In this document: positions 1-12,828 of the stretch, one piece after another
Layout: every line of letters begins with the position of its first letter
Position numbering within the stretch: position 1 is the first letter of the stretch
Assembly: GCF_009914755.1 (NCBI RefSeq)
Contig: NC_060931.1
Direction: 5' to 3' (one strand)
DNA from: the human T2T-CHM13v2.0 reference genome, Homo sapiens
Length of the DNA: 64,000 nucleotides
Made by a program: the position numbers and the translations under genes
The notes under the pieces: model-generated
The model's database searches: none
What the model was told of the DNA's origin: nothing
What the model saw: the letters and a program-made list of their open reading frames with translations, nothing else

Positions 1-58
1 CCACTGAGACTGAGAATTGGGCTTCTTAAGAAAGGAACACCAGCATGTTGGTGGACAC

Positions 59-2450
59 TGACAAAGACCCTTCGCTTGGCCCGACTTTATTTATATTTTA
101 AAGAATCTTTTAACTTTTATTTTAGGATCAGAGGTATATGTACTGGTTTGTTATATAGGTAAACTCTTGACTCGGGGGTTTGGTATACAGATGATTTCGT
201 CCCCTGGGTACTAAGCATAGTACCCTACAGTTTCTTTTTGTTTTTTGTTTTGCCCTGGGCCTCTCCTCCCACCCTGCACCCTCAAGTAGGCCCCAGTGTC
301 TGATGCTCCGCTCTTTCTGTCCACGTGTTCTCATTATTTAGCTCCCACTTATAAGTGAGAACATGTGGTATTTGGTTTTTTGTTCCTGTATTAGTTTGCT
401 AAAGATAATGGCCTCCAGTTCTATCCATATTCCTGCAAAGGACATGACTTCATTCTTTTGTATGGCCGCACCGTATTCCATGGTGTATATGTACACATTT
501 TCTTCATTCAGTCTACGGTCAATGGGCCTTTAGGTCTCTGCTGCTGTGAATAGTTCTGTAATGAACATATGTGTGCATGTGTCTTTATGGTTGAACAATT
601 TTTATTCTTTTGGGTATTTACCAGTAGTGGGATTGCTGGGTCAAATGGTAGTTCTGTTTTTAGGTCTTTGAGGAATCTCCACATTGCTTTCTACAATGGT
701 TGAACCTAATTTACACTCCTACCAGCAATGTGTAAGTGTTGCCTTTTCTCTACAGCCTCGCCAGCATCTGTTGTTTTTTGAGTTTTTAATAATAACCATT
801 CTGACTGGTGTGAGATGGTGTCTTATTGTGGTCTTGATTTGCATTTCTCCGATTAGTGATATTGAACATTTTTTCATATGCCTGTGGGCCACATGTATGT
901 CTCCTTTTGAAAAGTGTCTGTTCATGCCTTTTGCCCACTTTTTAATGGAGTTATTTTTTGCTTGTATGTTTGTTTAAGAGCCTTGTAGATTCTGGATATT
1001 AGACCTTTGTCAGATGTATATTTTGTAAATATTTTCTCCCCTTCCGTAGGTTGTCTGTTTACTCTGTTGATGGTTTCTTTTGCTGTGCAGAAGCTCTTTA
1101 GTTTAATTAGGTCCCATTTGTCAGTTTTTGCCTTTGTTGCAATTGCTTTTAGCATTTTTGTCATGAAATCTTTGCCAGTTTCTATGTTCAAAATGGTATT
1201 TCCTAGGTTATCTTCCAGGGTTTTTATAATTTTAGGTTTTACATTTAGGTCTTTAATCCATCTCGAGTTAATTTTTGTATGTGGTATAAAGAAGAGGTCA
1301 AGTTTCAATCTTCTGCATGTGGCCAGCCTGCTATCCCAGCACCATTGATTGATTAGGGAGTCCATTTTCTGTTGCTTGTTTTTGTCAGCTTTGTCAAAGA
1401 TGAGATGGCTGTTGGTGTGTGGCTTTATTTCTGGGTTCTCTATTCTGTTCCATTGGGTCTATGTGTCTGTTTTTGCACCAGTACCATGCTGTTTTGGTTA
1501 CTGTAGCCTTGTAGTATAGTTTGACATCTGGCAATGTGATTTCTCCAGTTTTGTTCTTTTTGGTTAGAATTGCCTTGGCTGTTCGGGGTCTTTTTTGGTT
1601 CAATGTGAACTTTAGAATAGTTTTTTCTACTTCTGTGAAGAATGTCATTGGTAGTTTGATAGCAATAGCACTGAATCTGTATCTGTAACTTGCCTTGGGC
1701 AGTATGGCCATTTTAACGATATCGATTCTTCTATCCATGAGCATGGAATGATTTTCCATTTGTTTGTGTCATCTCTGATTTCTTCAAGCAGTGTTTTGTA
1801 ATTCTCATTGTAGAGATCTTTTACCTCTCTGGTTAGCTGTATTCCTAGATATTTTATTCTTTTTGTGGCAATTGTGAATGGGATTGCATTCTTGATTTGG
1901 CTCATGGCTTGGGTGCTGTTAGTGTATAGAAATGCTACTGATTTTTTGCCTTTTATTTATCTTGCCTGATTGCTCTGCTGGCCCAAATTTAGTTAAGCTC
2001 TTCAACCTCCTCCTAGTCCCATCTGTGCCCTTCTTTGTAAAATCCAATTTCAGCAAATAACCATGTTAAGTCAGTTTAGCAAGAACTGTGCCTCCACCCA
2101 TCCTTGATATCTGGTCACCCTTGATATCTGATCGGGTCCCTCATCCTTTACCACCTCCCAGGTGATGTCGGTCACCCTGGCCCGCCTGCAGCAAGAACTC
2201 TGTTAGGTGGGTTTAGCCAGAATCTCCTGACCCTGACATTTCCTCTTAGTAACACTGCATCCACTCACCTTTACCCTGCTTTTTGGTTATGGATCCCCAA
2301 CCTCCTGTGCTGTGTTTGGAGCTGAGCCAGCCTCTCTTCCCTACTGCAAGGCCCCATTGTCATGGCCCCTACACCTATCGTGTTGGCTCTGAATAAAGTC
2401 TTCCTTATTGTGCTTTTAACAGGTATCATTGAATAATTTTTTCTTTAACA
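59..2450 (+). mobile_element. 5' LTR of ERV1 (MER31/MER67-like) provirus, interrupted by L1
   Basis: Starts TGACAAAGA at 59 and resumes at ~1977. AATAAA at 2392. Ends ...TTTAACA at 2450. Alignable by eye with 6145-7020. Confidence 0.75.
90..1975 (-). mobile_element. 5'-truncated L1 (older L1PA-type), ORF2 C-terminal remnants plus 3'UTR
   Basis: Frameshifted ORF2-like peptides [59 protein letters not shown]-rich tail at ~90-125. Confidence 0.93.
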
Positions 2451-5400
2451 ATCATGGTGTTGTGATCTGACAGAATCAGATTGACCATGGGACCCCTGGG
2501 CCCTTATCCAGGACCCTAAGTGTACGCCTTTGAAACTTTGTCTTCACTCCTGACTGAGTGGGGTCCACTGGTGAGTCAGACTCTTGAACCAAATGTCTGT
2601 TGAAGGTAGTCAGCACAGATTTAGATTCTTCAGGTATGAATATCTCTCTGAGGCTAGGTGAATCTCAGGCTTCCTTGGGAAGGTAACTGTGGGGCTGGAA
2701 GTACCTTCCTCCTGGCTCTCGTTCCTGAGTGGGGATTTGTCTCTCATTCCCTGGGCTGGAAGTACCTTCCTCCTGGCTCTCTGTGAGGCCCCCCTCTTTT
2801 CTCTGTTGTCTGTTTTCTACCAGCTCCTGCTTCTCCCATGGGGACTTCTCTGTCACCTGGAATCCCTCTTCCCGCACCCCAGCTGACTCTGAGCTCTGCT
2901 AACTCTGTCCACCCCTGCCAGGCCCTTTCCTCTCCCTCCCTACTCCAGCCCCTCACCCACTTGAACTCTAGACTCCTACTGGGGTCTAAAGGGATCCACT
3001 GGAGGCTCAAGGGACTCAAGAGTGTCTTGAAAATTCCACTTGAGGCAGAAAAGAGGAAAAAGAAACTCTTTGGAACTGGGCAAGTGAAAAATCTTAAAGG
3101 CCTTCTCGACAAATATTGGTAAATAGCTGTATCCCTTATTAAGTAGGTATCCTCAGCTTGTTCCATTTTCATCAGAAACACAATTTGTATAAAAATATTA
3201 AGTGGAGATAAACCAATGAGTTTGTATGTATTAGTCTGTTTTACTGCCTCATGACTAAAATTTTGAAAAATTAAAAGATCTGCTTGCATCCATCTGTACA
3301 TTTAAGTGTGGATCTATATATATATGTTATGGGTATGGAATATTTTTCTATCTCTGGGTGATGCTGCCAACATACACAAAAGAGCTCTATTTGATTAGCT
3401 TAAAATAAGCACTATATAAAGTATTATCTCAGAAAATAGAAACCAACTTAATTGCCCTTTAGCTTATGTGACTTGAGTAATTCTTTAAAAATAAACTAGT
3501 TTTACAATTACTGATAAAAATAAAAACAGAAATATCTTCAAAATTGTCAGCATTAAATATAATACAGACATACAATTTTGTCTGTTTTTGCCGGACAGGT
3601 TTGTGTTGTCTCTGTTAGATGTTTCAGGCCATAAAATTATAACTCCCACCGTACAGTGGAATGCATACTAAAAATGAATTGCTTAATTGCTTGACGCATG
3701 TCAGTTGTGAAAGGAAAAAAAGAGGCTGTAAAAGTGTTGTGAAAATCTTATCTTGTGTGGTCAAAACTGACTAAAAATGGATAACTTCACTTATAAGGTT
3801 TTATGAAAAATTAGTTTTAGTTGTACATTGACGCAAAAGTAGAATTTGGTCTTATCTGTTAAAATGACAAATTTTTCTTGGAGTATTGATCTGAGAATAT
3901 GAAGGAGTTTCCTTGTCTTTTAAGTAATTGACCTAGGAAGCAAATATTTTGTGTTTTATCAAGATAATTTCTTGTGTTTCATGTTGTCTTTTATTAGGTC
4001 TTTGATTACTTAAGAAAAGCAGATCTTCTAAGTATTAAAAGAACTAAGTTCTTGTCTACAACTATGTAACCTTCTGCATTTGCCTTTATTTTATCGCTTT
4101 GATTAATCAATATCATATTTAATAAAGTGTCTTAAACTTTTTGACATTTTGTACAAACTTCCCAAAATCAAATTCTAAATTAAGTCTTTGTGACTTCAAA
4201 TTAACTTTGGGACTTTCCACTTGGGCCCCTGGAAGGTCAAAAAATGTGTCTCTCACCTTGTAATAGAGTAATATTAAACAATTATTCTTATTTTATATGT
4301 TAAATTATATAGGAAGCATTTCCAAATAAATCTTCTGTGAGTTATATTTATGGGTATGTTACTGATATGAGTGTTCCAAAAATTGTATGAGATTTCTAGA
4401 AATCTAATGTGTTATCAGTCAAAATTTTGGTTATACTAAGATGTTGTGTACTACACAAATAACCAAATTTCCTTGCCAATCACATCATTTTTAAAATAAA
4501 CTCTCATCAGATTTTTAACCATGATTGTTTTAAGTCTCTGTCATTCATAGACAGCTATTCTTTTATTTTAATTCTTCTCTAAAAGCATTTGCCATTAGTT
4601 ACAGTCCAAGATTACTTCTTCTTCAAAAAATCATGGAAAATACTCTGACAAGCACTCTGAAATACTGGCTTCTGATAAATTTAAGATGCCACTGGGCTGG
4701 GTAAGAATTTCCAGAACTCTAATGAAGAAACCAATGAGTTCATAAAATTGCTAACTAAGATCAAGCAGGACAGAATTAATTACATGGGACTAACTACACC
4801 GATGAGGATATTTTAGAATGATTTTTTGCTGGAAATATTGGTGGTTCTTTAAATTTTTTGTATTAATTGATTTAAATGTTTTATTTTAATTAAGATTTTT
4901 TAACCCTATCTATAGTTTACAGAAGTTCAGTAAACTTTTGTGAATAAAAACTGAAACAATTACTTTTTCTACTTACCTGATCCATCTAGAATTCAGAAAC
5001 TGTGAGTATTCTTATTTTTGTGGCAATATAGTTATTTGCGTAAGTTCAGTAAGAATCTGTTGTCCTTGTACTAAGACATCACTAGAAATGCTGGTTATAT
5101 TACCAAGGCTTTGACTGCTATGTCATATTTTCAGCTATGACTAGACAACTTTAAGAAACTGAGGTTGACTTTATGGGGCCAGTAAAGCCCCCACTGGAAA
5201 AGCTTCCCTGTTTCCAGTTTTACAGGTGGTTAGGGATGTCACTTCTTGGCAGGCCCAGGAAACAGGATATTTTGGGAACCTTGAGAAGAGAGAATTCGCC
5301 CAAATCTATAGGTGCTACACATACAGCCTGAAGCAAGGCCTTGGTGTGTTTTCACAGCCTCAAGAGTCTTTACCGGTCCAATCTGAGACTCTTTGTCAAA

Positions 5401-6144
5401 AGTTCCAGCAAAGCAAACTTTAAAAAGCCTGTCAATCACTATTCTTGCTGCGGTGATACAAATAATCAAGACAAGTTTATGACACTAAACTTATTTTGCA
5501 AACAAATCAGTCTAACTTTGATTATTTTGGTTAGAAATGAAGGCGATTTGAGAGAGAAAAATTATGTTTCAGGAGAAAACTATAGTACATCTACTGTTAG
5601 ATTCTGGCCTCTTTGAGGTTTTACTACCTACCTGCAATCTGAAATGGATCCAGAATTCTTCTTGTTCCCTCCAACATCTGACTACGACTTTCCAAACTAT
5701 TATTTCCCATTTTCTTCCATTCTTCAAATTGGGAATTGTTGCCTTTTTCCTGAAGCCTTGCAAGCTGGAGCTGGACGACTTGATATAAACCTCAGCACTC
5801 ATAGGGACAACTTTCATGGCATCCAAACTGCCAACCAGGGAGCCTGTGGTTTAGGACGGCCCGCTCCCCTCCAGCCGGAGATGCACCAGCCCAGCATCTA
5901 GAAAGCTTCTGGACTGCCTGCCCTCTGGGCTCAGAATCGGAGTTCATAGTTTGTCCCAACTATTTTTCTTTTTCTTTTTGTAGAAACTAAATTCCCCTCA
6001 CTAAAGCCCTGATGCCTCATACCACCCAGCTGAACTCCTCCACCACCAAGCCCCAGCTGGTGACTCTGCCAGTCCTCACTGAACAAAAGGCAACAAAACA
6101 AGAACGGGAACTTATATTTTTCAAAGGAAAGAAGAGAACAAAGG
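2451..6144 (+). mobile_element. Degenerate ERV1 (MER4-group-like) internal sequence, no intact ORFs
   Basis: Lies between two homologous LTRs. TGG-starting PBS-like sequence follows 2450. Polypurine tract AAAGGAAAGAAGAGAACAAAGG immediately precedes 6145. AT-rich. Confidence 0.7.
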
Positions 6145-7020
6145 TGTAAAGATTCTCTGCTTGACCAACCTTTAGTCGGGCTTTGGAACCTTCTTCTAGG
6201 CCAGTCTGTGCATGTCCTTGTAAAATGACATTTTCAGCAAAGAATCCTGCAAAGTCAGTTTAGCAAGAGCCATCCCCCCCAATTCTTGATATCTGATCAC
6301 CTTGATATTTTTTCACCCTCGATATCGGATTGGGTCCCTCATCCTCCACCATCCCCAGGTGATGGCGGTCACCCTGGCTTGCCTTCAGCAAGAACCCTGT
6401 TAGGTGGGTTTAGCCAGAATCCCCTGACCCTGAGGCTTCCTTTTGGTAACTCTCCATCCACTCATCCCAGCCCACTCCTTGGCTGGGAAGCCCCGCTGCC
6501 CATGTGGTGTTTGGAGCTGAGCCCTGCTAGGGTTTGAGTATTGGACTCTGCAAACCTCATGTTGAAATCTGGAGGTAGGGCGTAATGGGAGGTTTTTGGG
6601 TCATGGGGGTGGATACCTCATGAATAGATTAATGCTCTGGGGTGGGGGACAAGTTCTTACTCTGGCAGTTCCCATGAAAGCTGGTTGTTAAAAAGAGCCT
6701 GGCCCTCCCTCCATGCCATCTCCTGCTTCCTCTCTCTCCATCTGAGCTCTGCACACACACGGGGCCTCCCCAGATGCAGACACTGGCGTCATGCTTCTTA
6801 TACAGCCTGCAGAGCTATGAGCCAAAAACCTCGTTTCCTTATAAATTGCCCAGCCTCAGGTGTTCCTTCAGAGCAATGTGAAATGGACGGAGACGAGCCC
6901 AGTCTCTCTCCCCCACTGCAAAATCCCCCGGCACTCTCCCTGTACCAATTGTGCTGGTCCTGAATCAAGTTTTCCTTCCTGTGCATTAACAAATATCATT
7001 CAATATTTGTTTCTTAAACA
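6145..7020 (+). mobile_element. 3' LTR of the ERV1 provirus, interrupted by an MST LTR
   Basis: TG...CA termini. Shares blocks with the 5' LTR (aagtcagtttagcaaga, cttgatatctg, tgttaggtgggtttagccagaat, tttggagctgagccc). Confidence 0.8.
6525..6895 (+). mobile_element. ERVL-MaLR solo LTR (MST-like)
   Basis: Typical MST start tgctagggtttgag...ctcatgttgaaat and end ataaattgcccagcctcagg. 5-bp TSD AGCCC at 6520-6524 and 6896-6900. Confidence 0.85.
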
Positions 7021-7659
7021 CCAAGCTCCTCTAGCTGGAGGGCACTGCTTAGGAGTTACCTGATTTTGGGACGAGCCCACTCTGCTGTCCTCGGTCTCTC
7101 ACTGTTGCCAGTGGAGATAGCCGAGGGCAGGACGGAAGGTTGGTCGCTGCACCACGCCCCGGAGTGCCTGCCTCTTTGCTTACAGTTTAAATATTCCCGC
7201 TGCATTTTCCTGCCAGGTGGAGGGGTGTGATTGTGTGGCTGGTGGGGACGAGGTCTCCCTTCCCACCAAGGACAGAAGGACAGTCCCTAGATGGAATCGG
7301 AGTGCTAGGTGAGAGACATTATGAGCCTCACTGGGTCAGGGCCCGTTGTTAGCATCTAGGACTGAGAATGGGGAGGAAGGGGGCATCTCCCACCCCAGGG
7401 TGCCCTATCCAGGTGGTGCCAGTGCACGGAGGGGCACGGAGGGCGTGTGTGGCATGGATGCGATCTGCGGCTCCTTACTGAGACTGTTTAATCCTGTTTT
7501 AAAGATGAAACCTCAGCGACACCCTGGCCCTTAGTACACATCTAATGCTGCAGATAAAGTAGCAACATGACCTGGAGTTCTAGGAAACGCCCACGCTTTG
7601 TTTCAGCATCTACAGTCCAGTGGCTTAGGAAACAAAAAGACGGATGGAAACAATTGTTC

Positions 7660-7706
7660 CTCCTCCCCAAATAAAGACCACCTGAATGTGAAATCAGAAG
7701 TTTAAT
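7660..7706 (-). terminator. Distal polyadenylation signal ATTAAA plus downstream U-rich element
   Basis: Plus-strand tttaat at 7701-7706. Minus-strand TGGTCTTTATTTGGGG lies ~25-40 nt downstream. UGUA motifs occur upstream. Confidence 0.75.
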
Positions 7707-9344
7707 ATGACACAATTAAATATATTTGTATATCTCACACCGGAGGTTTCTCTTCAAACATAAGGAGTTAGAAATTACAAGTAGGCATATGCTTCCTATA
7801 TTCAGATAAATTCATTTCGATTAATTAAATTCCAGATAGAGAGAAGTAATTTTGGAAAAGAAATGATAGCTATATTAAAGCAGATATTCATTACAATACC
7901 ATGTAGAGACATAAGCAATATTTTGGCATCATTCTGTCCGCTCAGTAGGCCGTGTTCCCTCTGGTAGGGCCTTTGGAGAGTACCATCTATCTAAGATGGA
8001 GGAATGCTGTGGGAAGGGCGGGATGGAGGTGCGTTTTCTACGCTGAACCCCACACAGGAAATCTGCAGCCCACACAGCTGCCTCTGCGCCGCCTTCCATG
8101 TGATCATCCTGGTCAATGAAGTGAATTGTCCTATTTCTGGGGTAGGGGGTGATGGCGAATCGGATACTCAAATGTTATTTTGTCAAATCCGAATCATCTC
8201 TACGTGCTTAGGTTTACATGATGTCAAAACACGTGGTTCATTAAGTGATCCCGGGAAGAGGGGCAGGGCCGGTCGGCTGGTTTCTCACTTCCCTTCCAGG
8301 CTCTACGCAGTGCGTGCAGGTCGCCCTGATCTCCTCTCCCGGGAGGGAAATGCTCGCAGCCCTCTCCGAGTTGCCCTGATCTCCTTCTCTCCCAGGAGGG
8401 AAATGTCCCCTCTCTGGGGCCCCACAGGTCCGGGACGTGCCTGGAGGAGCCAGCGGGGGCCTGGCAGGGTTCGTGTGCTCCCGGGGACCCTCATAGCTTG
8501 CTCAATGCCCAGATTTGTTCTTCCTGGTTGTGGTTATCTCACAGGTAAGCATTCACGGGGGCATCTGTTTTCATAACGTAGAAATCAATATTTTAACATT
8601 AAAAACACATCTCAATGTTGGGGTGCATCTGTAACTTTGCAAAGGTGAGGTCAGGGGAGTGCCAGCCTCAAGTGGGCACTACTCATGGGGTGCACAGGTG
8701 TCTGCCCCCGGGGAGCCCCTGAATCACTCTGCTTGGGCTGACAGGTGTGGCTGACGGGGCCGTCCATGGTACCCGGCGCAGTGTTGATGGAGACGCAGCG
8801 AGGAGCTGTGATTGTCTCACTTGCCCCGAAGCTGCAGGACGTTCAGTTCTGTCCCCGCGGCTTCTCCCAATGATAAACTCTCTCAAAGAGAAATGCCAAA
8901 CGTGCCTTGTGTGCCGGGCGGCCTCACTGAGTGCTGCCAGCTTCCCCGGCCACTCCTGCACAGTGGATCCACCCTCCCGAAAGTGGCAGATGACAAGCAC
9001 ACTCTTCCTGGAAACCGCCTCGAACGTGCTGGCTACTGCATTGTTAACACAACTTCAACCAAGAAGGTGAACGGGTGCTTTAAGAAAAAGTATTTTTTTT
9101 AAGCAAGTGAAAATTGATGAACCGATTCCCCTCCACCCGTAACTGGATTTTTCCACAAATCTCTCTTTATTATTGTTTGATTAAACAAAAATACACTTTT
9201 AACTGCTAAACTGCGCTGACTACGGGAGAGCTAAGGGCCCTATTACTATGCAGTTATAATAGAAGACACACAATTAAAGTCAGATCATGATTCCTGACAA
9301 CATCCGTGGGGTGGGGGCTCCCCTGAGGCCCCTGAGGCTGCCGC
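7687..9344 (-). other. PTPRN2: PTPRN2 3' UTR (~1.66 kb; 3' end approximate)
   Basis: Follows the stop codon and ends in an AT-rich block with ATTAAA at 7706-7701 and a downstream U/GU-rich tract. Confidence 0.8.
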
Positions 9345-9416
9345 TCACTGGGGAAGGGCCTTGAGGATGGCGTTCACCTCCTCAGCCACGGCTGTCAGCG
9401 CGAACTCAAACTGCTC
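9345..9416 (-). CDS. PTPRN2: PTPRN2 last coding segment (exon 23), [23 protein letters not shown]
   Basis: Acceptor ccctgcag|GAG and TGA at 9347-9345. Recognised IA-2 family C-terminus. Confidence 0.97.
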   Translation of the reverse strand, partial: EQFEFALTAVAEEVNAILKALPQ

Positions 9417-12400
9417 CTGCAGGGCGAGAAACGAGAGAAGTGCCAATGAGAGCGGCGTCCCCCCGACTCCTGCCACAGCGTCGGCTCCCTGCAGATGAAA
9501 GCGGCGTCCCCCCTTCCCAACGCAGCATCAGCTCCCCGGGCCATTTCGCAGAAAGAAATTGTTTAGCAAAAAAAAGCAAAAGGCTCAGATTTCCTTAGAA
9601 AGGACAGTGTACCCTTCGGTTTGGGAGACACAACAGTGACACATGTTTGAGCTTCTCTCGCACTAGAAAAGCCTCATCTTTCCCCCTGCGGGGAGAAGCT
9701 GCCCACAGAAGCAGCGAGAAGGCAACGGTTCCTGCGTACTGCCCTGTCCTTCTGACCCTACGACTCCACGATTCCTCCTCACAGCCACCCGCCTTGGTGG
9801 ACGGTGTGAGGGGCAGGTGCAGACACTACAAAGACGTGGCCATTAAAACTCACAATGAGGGCCATGCTTGGGCGCTTCCTGTCCTCGGAAGTGTGGTGTT
9901 ATCATCGCTTTTGAAATCCACCTGTTACTCAGACCAAACCCACTCCGTTCCACATGCTGAGAAACCTCCCCTTGTCCACACCCCTCCTGGCTCAGGGCAT
10001 GCGCGTCCACAGCCACTTGGGCAGGCACACCTGAGGGGCACCCCTCCCTCCACGGACAGCCTGCCGAGAGCATCCAGTGGGCACGAGGGACGGGTTCACG
10101 ATGCCAGGACTATTCGCTCCTCCAAAGACCAGGGCTTAGCGCCGGAGAGCGTATCTGCCTCCTCTCCCACAGATGAGGTGGATAAATGCTCATTTCCTCT
10201 TGCTCTTCAGTTTCCACCTCAAAACACTGCTATGGAAAACTCCAAAGCAGGCCAGCAGCACTCCAGCTACAGCTGAGAACGCGTGGACGGAAACAACACT
10301 GTTACCCAGCTAACAACTTCTGGAAGGAAAGCCCTGTTGACAGCTCCAATACTTGATCATTTAAGGAACAGGGCAGCCCCAAGCCAAAAACGATGATTAA
10401 TTTCCAGTTTTGAATGTTTAGTGCATAACAGCAAGATGGAAAATAGCTTGAACCGAGACATCAGAAAGTCAAAATAACGTGATGCTCATTCTGAGACAAA
10501 AGACAGTTTCTCCTTTCATATTCTTCCGCCCTGACGCTGACGGAATGGTCTGCTGGACTCTACCTGCCTTTGGTAGTGTGGCCACGCGGCCTCTTAGTGT
10601 ACGTGTTAGAACCTATTATTAAAGGAGTCAACTGAGCCTGGCGGCCACCTCAGGGTGGGACCCGGGGAGATGTGTCTGCCTGCGCCCCGTCTCTCTCCCC
10701 TCTGCACTGCCAGAGGGCACCTTTCTGCTCCTCGAAATTACGTGGGAGCTGCCCCTGTGGGGGCAGGGGCTCAGGTCGGGCTGTGCCGGGAAGGTCCGCA
10801 AACGTTCTGTCTAAATGCTGACTCCTGCCCCTCCCACACCAAGTGTGTTCGATGAAGGTGCTGTTTAGGGGATCCAGGCTAAATACACAACAGCCATTCA
10901 GACCATTTCTTCCCCAGTGCTGGGCTGCCAGTGCCCTGAGGCTCTGTGAGGGCTTGGAGATGCCAAAAATTAAGCGTGGCTTTTTGGGAAGCGAAATGCA
11001 AGTGTCATCTATCTATTTACATCTTCCGACACACTGGAAATCTAGCCTGAGAAATGATCTTTAAAGGGAAGAATAGAGAAGCGCTGCCGCCCCGCAGCCC
11101 CATCATGCACTGGAGGCTGGAAAGCGCTCCACCCCCAGGGCCAGTGCTAATCCCGCAGAGCTGCCCAGCGGCCTCTCAGGCAGCCACTTGCGGCATCCAA
11201 CAGGAAAGCCCAATATCCATGCTATGGGGGAGGGGACGGGCAGGGGGAACTCCACCAGGGTCTGGATCATAACTGTTTCCAACACTGCACAGTCACCGGA
11301 CAGAGCAGCAGGAAGGGAACCGGGCCACAGAGACAGGTGCTCTACTCACTGGCCATGTTTGGCAATTGTTACCGCACTGTTTAGCTCAAAGGAGAAGCTC
11401 CACCGGGCGTGTGGGCTGGTGTGTGCCGTGCACCTTACTCAGAGCCCACTGGGCCCTGTGGGCGTCGGCTGGCAGGAGGAGGGGGTGCTTCCCGGAGGGG
11501 TGCTGTGAGCCTCAGAGCTGGCGTTTGAGGGGACAGGGGCTTGTGGATCATCTTGTCCTTTATCGTGAAGTGTCAGCTGCATGCGGCGCCGGGATGTAGC
11601 ACCCAAGCCCTGTGGGTCCTCGAAGGTCTGTGGCCACGTTCTGAGCAGAATCCGCTGAGCAAGTATCACCTAGACCCATGCTCTAGATCCCGGGTAGGCT
11701 GGGAAAACCCCAGCATTTGGATAACTTTTATGATAGGAGTTTATTTCAAAGGAGTAAAATACAACAGCAACAGATGACCAGATGACCATCTTAGCCTAAA
11801 CTGCATCTGAGTGCCAGCAGTCTGAACAGGAGGGGTGCAAAGCCTCCTGGGTTTGCAAAGACAGGACATTCGAGAGGCCGAGTCAGGACATTCTAAGCAA
11901 GAAAGCATTTTTGAACACATACTACAATAAAATTTGAGGCCTGTTGGAGAAAGATCCCACGGCTTCTTCCAGTAGAACTGCACCCGGTGGAGAAGTGGCT
12001 GAGGTGGGACGGCCGAGCCAGGCTCAGGCCAGGTCAGGCTGTCTGGTCACCACCCCTGGGTCCACGCTGGACAGCGAGTGGGAACGCCCCTTCTCAGGCT
12101 GTCCTGGGACAACCACGGGGTGCCCACATAGTTGGTGGAGGGATGGAGGCTGCAGGAGCTGCCATGGCTCTCGGACACCCGCTGCTGGGGTAAGGGTCAG
12201 CCAGGGCTGGAAGCCGTGGAGCTTTGTGGAGGCTGCTTGGATTTCGATTTGTGCTTATGTTTATATTTGTAATCCTTCAGGTGTAAACAAAGGCCTGGGT
12301 GGAGATGTACAAATAGGAACCTTAAAGGGGACCTCAGTGAGCGTGTCTCTGAGCCACCTGTGCCCTCCAGGAGGCTGCACACATAACTGCGGGGCAGCTT

Positions 12401-12574
12401 CCCCCAGCACCTCTCAAAAGGGGGTGAGGATGACACACCTTCCTGTGTCTGTCACCTTCAGCTTCTCTTTTCACAAAAGTAGACAAGCTCCAAGCCACAC
12501 CGTGAGAGTTGAGCCCTGCCCAAGTTAGGGACTAGGCATTGTGTGTGTGTACACCAGGGCGGAGGGACAGAGAC

Positions 12575-12828
12575 GGAGATGGAGAGAGATGGGAGACAGA
12601 TGGAGAGAGACAGAGAGAGGTGGAGAGAGATGGAGAGCGGTGGAGAGAGACAGAGAGAGGTGGAGAGAGACGGAGAGAGGTGGAGAGAGACGGAGAGAGG
12701 TGGAGAGAGACGGAGAGAGGTGAAGAGAGGCGGAGAGAGGTGGAGAGAGATGGAGAGAGGCGGAGAGAGGCGGAGAGAGACGGAGAGAGGTGGAGAGAGA
12801 CGGAGAGAGGTGGAGAGAGATGGAGAGC
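12575..12828. repeat. Polypurine 10/20-bp tandem repeat (GGAGAGAGAC/GGAGAGAGGT)n
   Basis: Directly visible periodicity. Confidence 0.95.

Noticed and set aside
719-1905. L1 ORF2-like ORFs as a functional retrotransposon
   Set aside because: 5'-truncated and broken by frameshifts and stops.
2451-6144. gag/pol/env coding capacity in the provirus
   Set aside because: No long ORF or recognisable retroviral motif. I also could not find a provirus TSD.
9246-9253. CTATGCA (miR-153 seed match) in the 3'UTR region, suggesting host autoregulation
   Set aside because: It is on the + strand. The mRNA reads UGCAUAG, identical rather than complementary to the seed. I saw no sense-strand 7-mer site in the UTR.
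8004-10276. 190-aa and 209-aa plus-strand ORFs overlapping the 3'UTR and last intron
   Set aside because: No recognisable domain. Lengths are expected by chance in GC-rich DNA.
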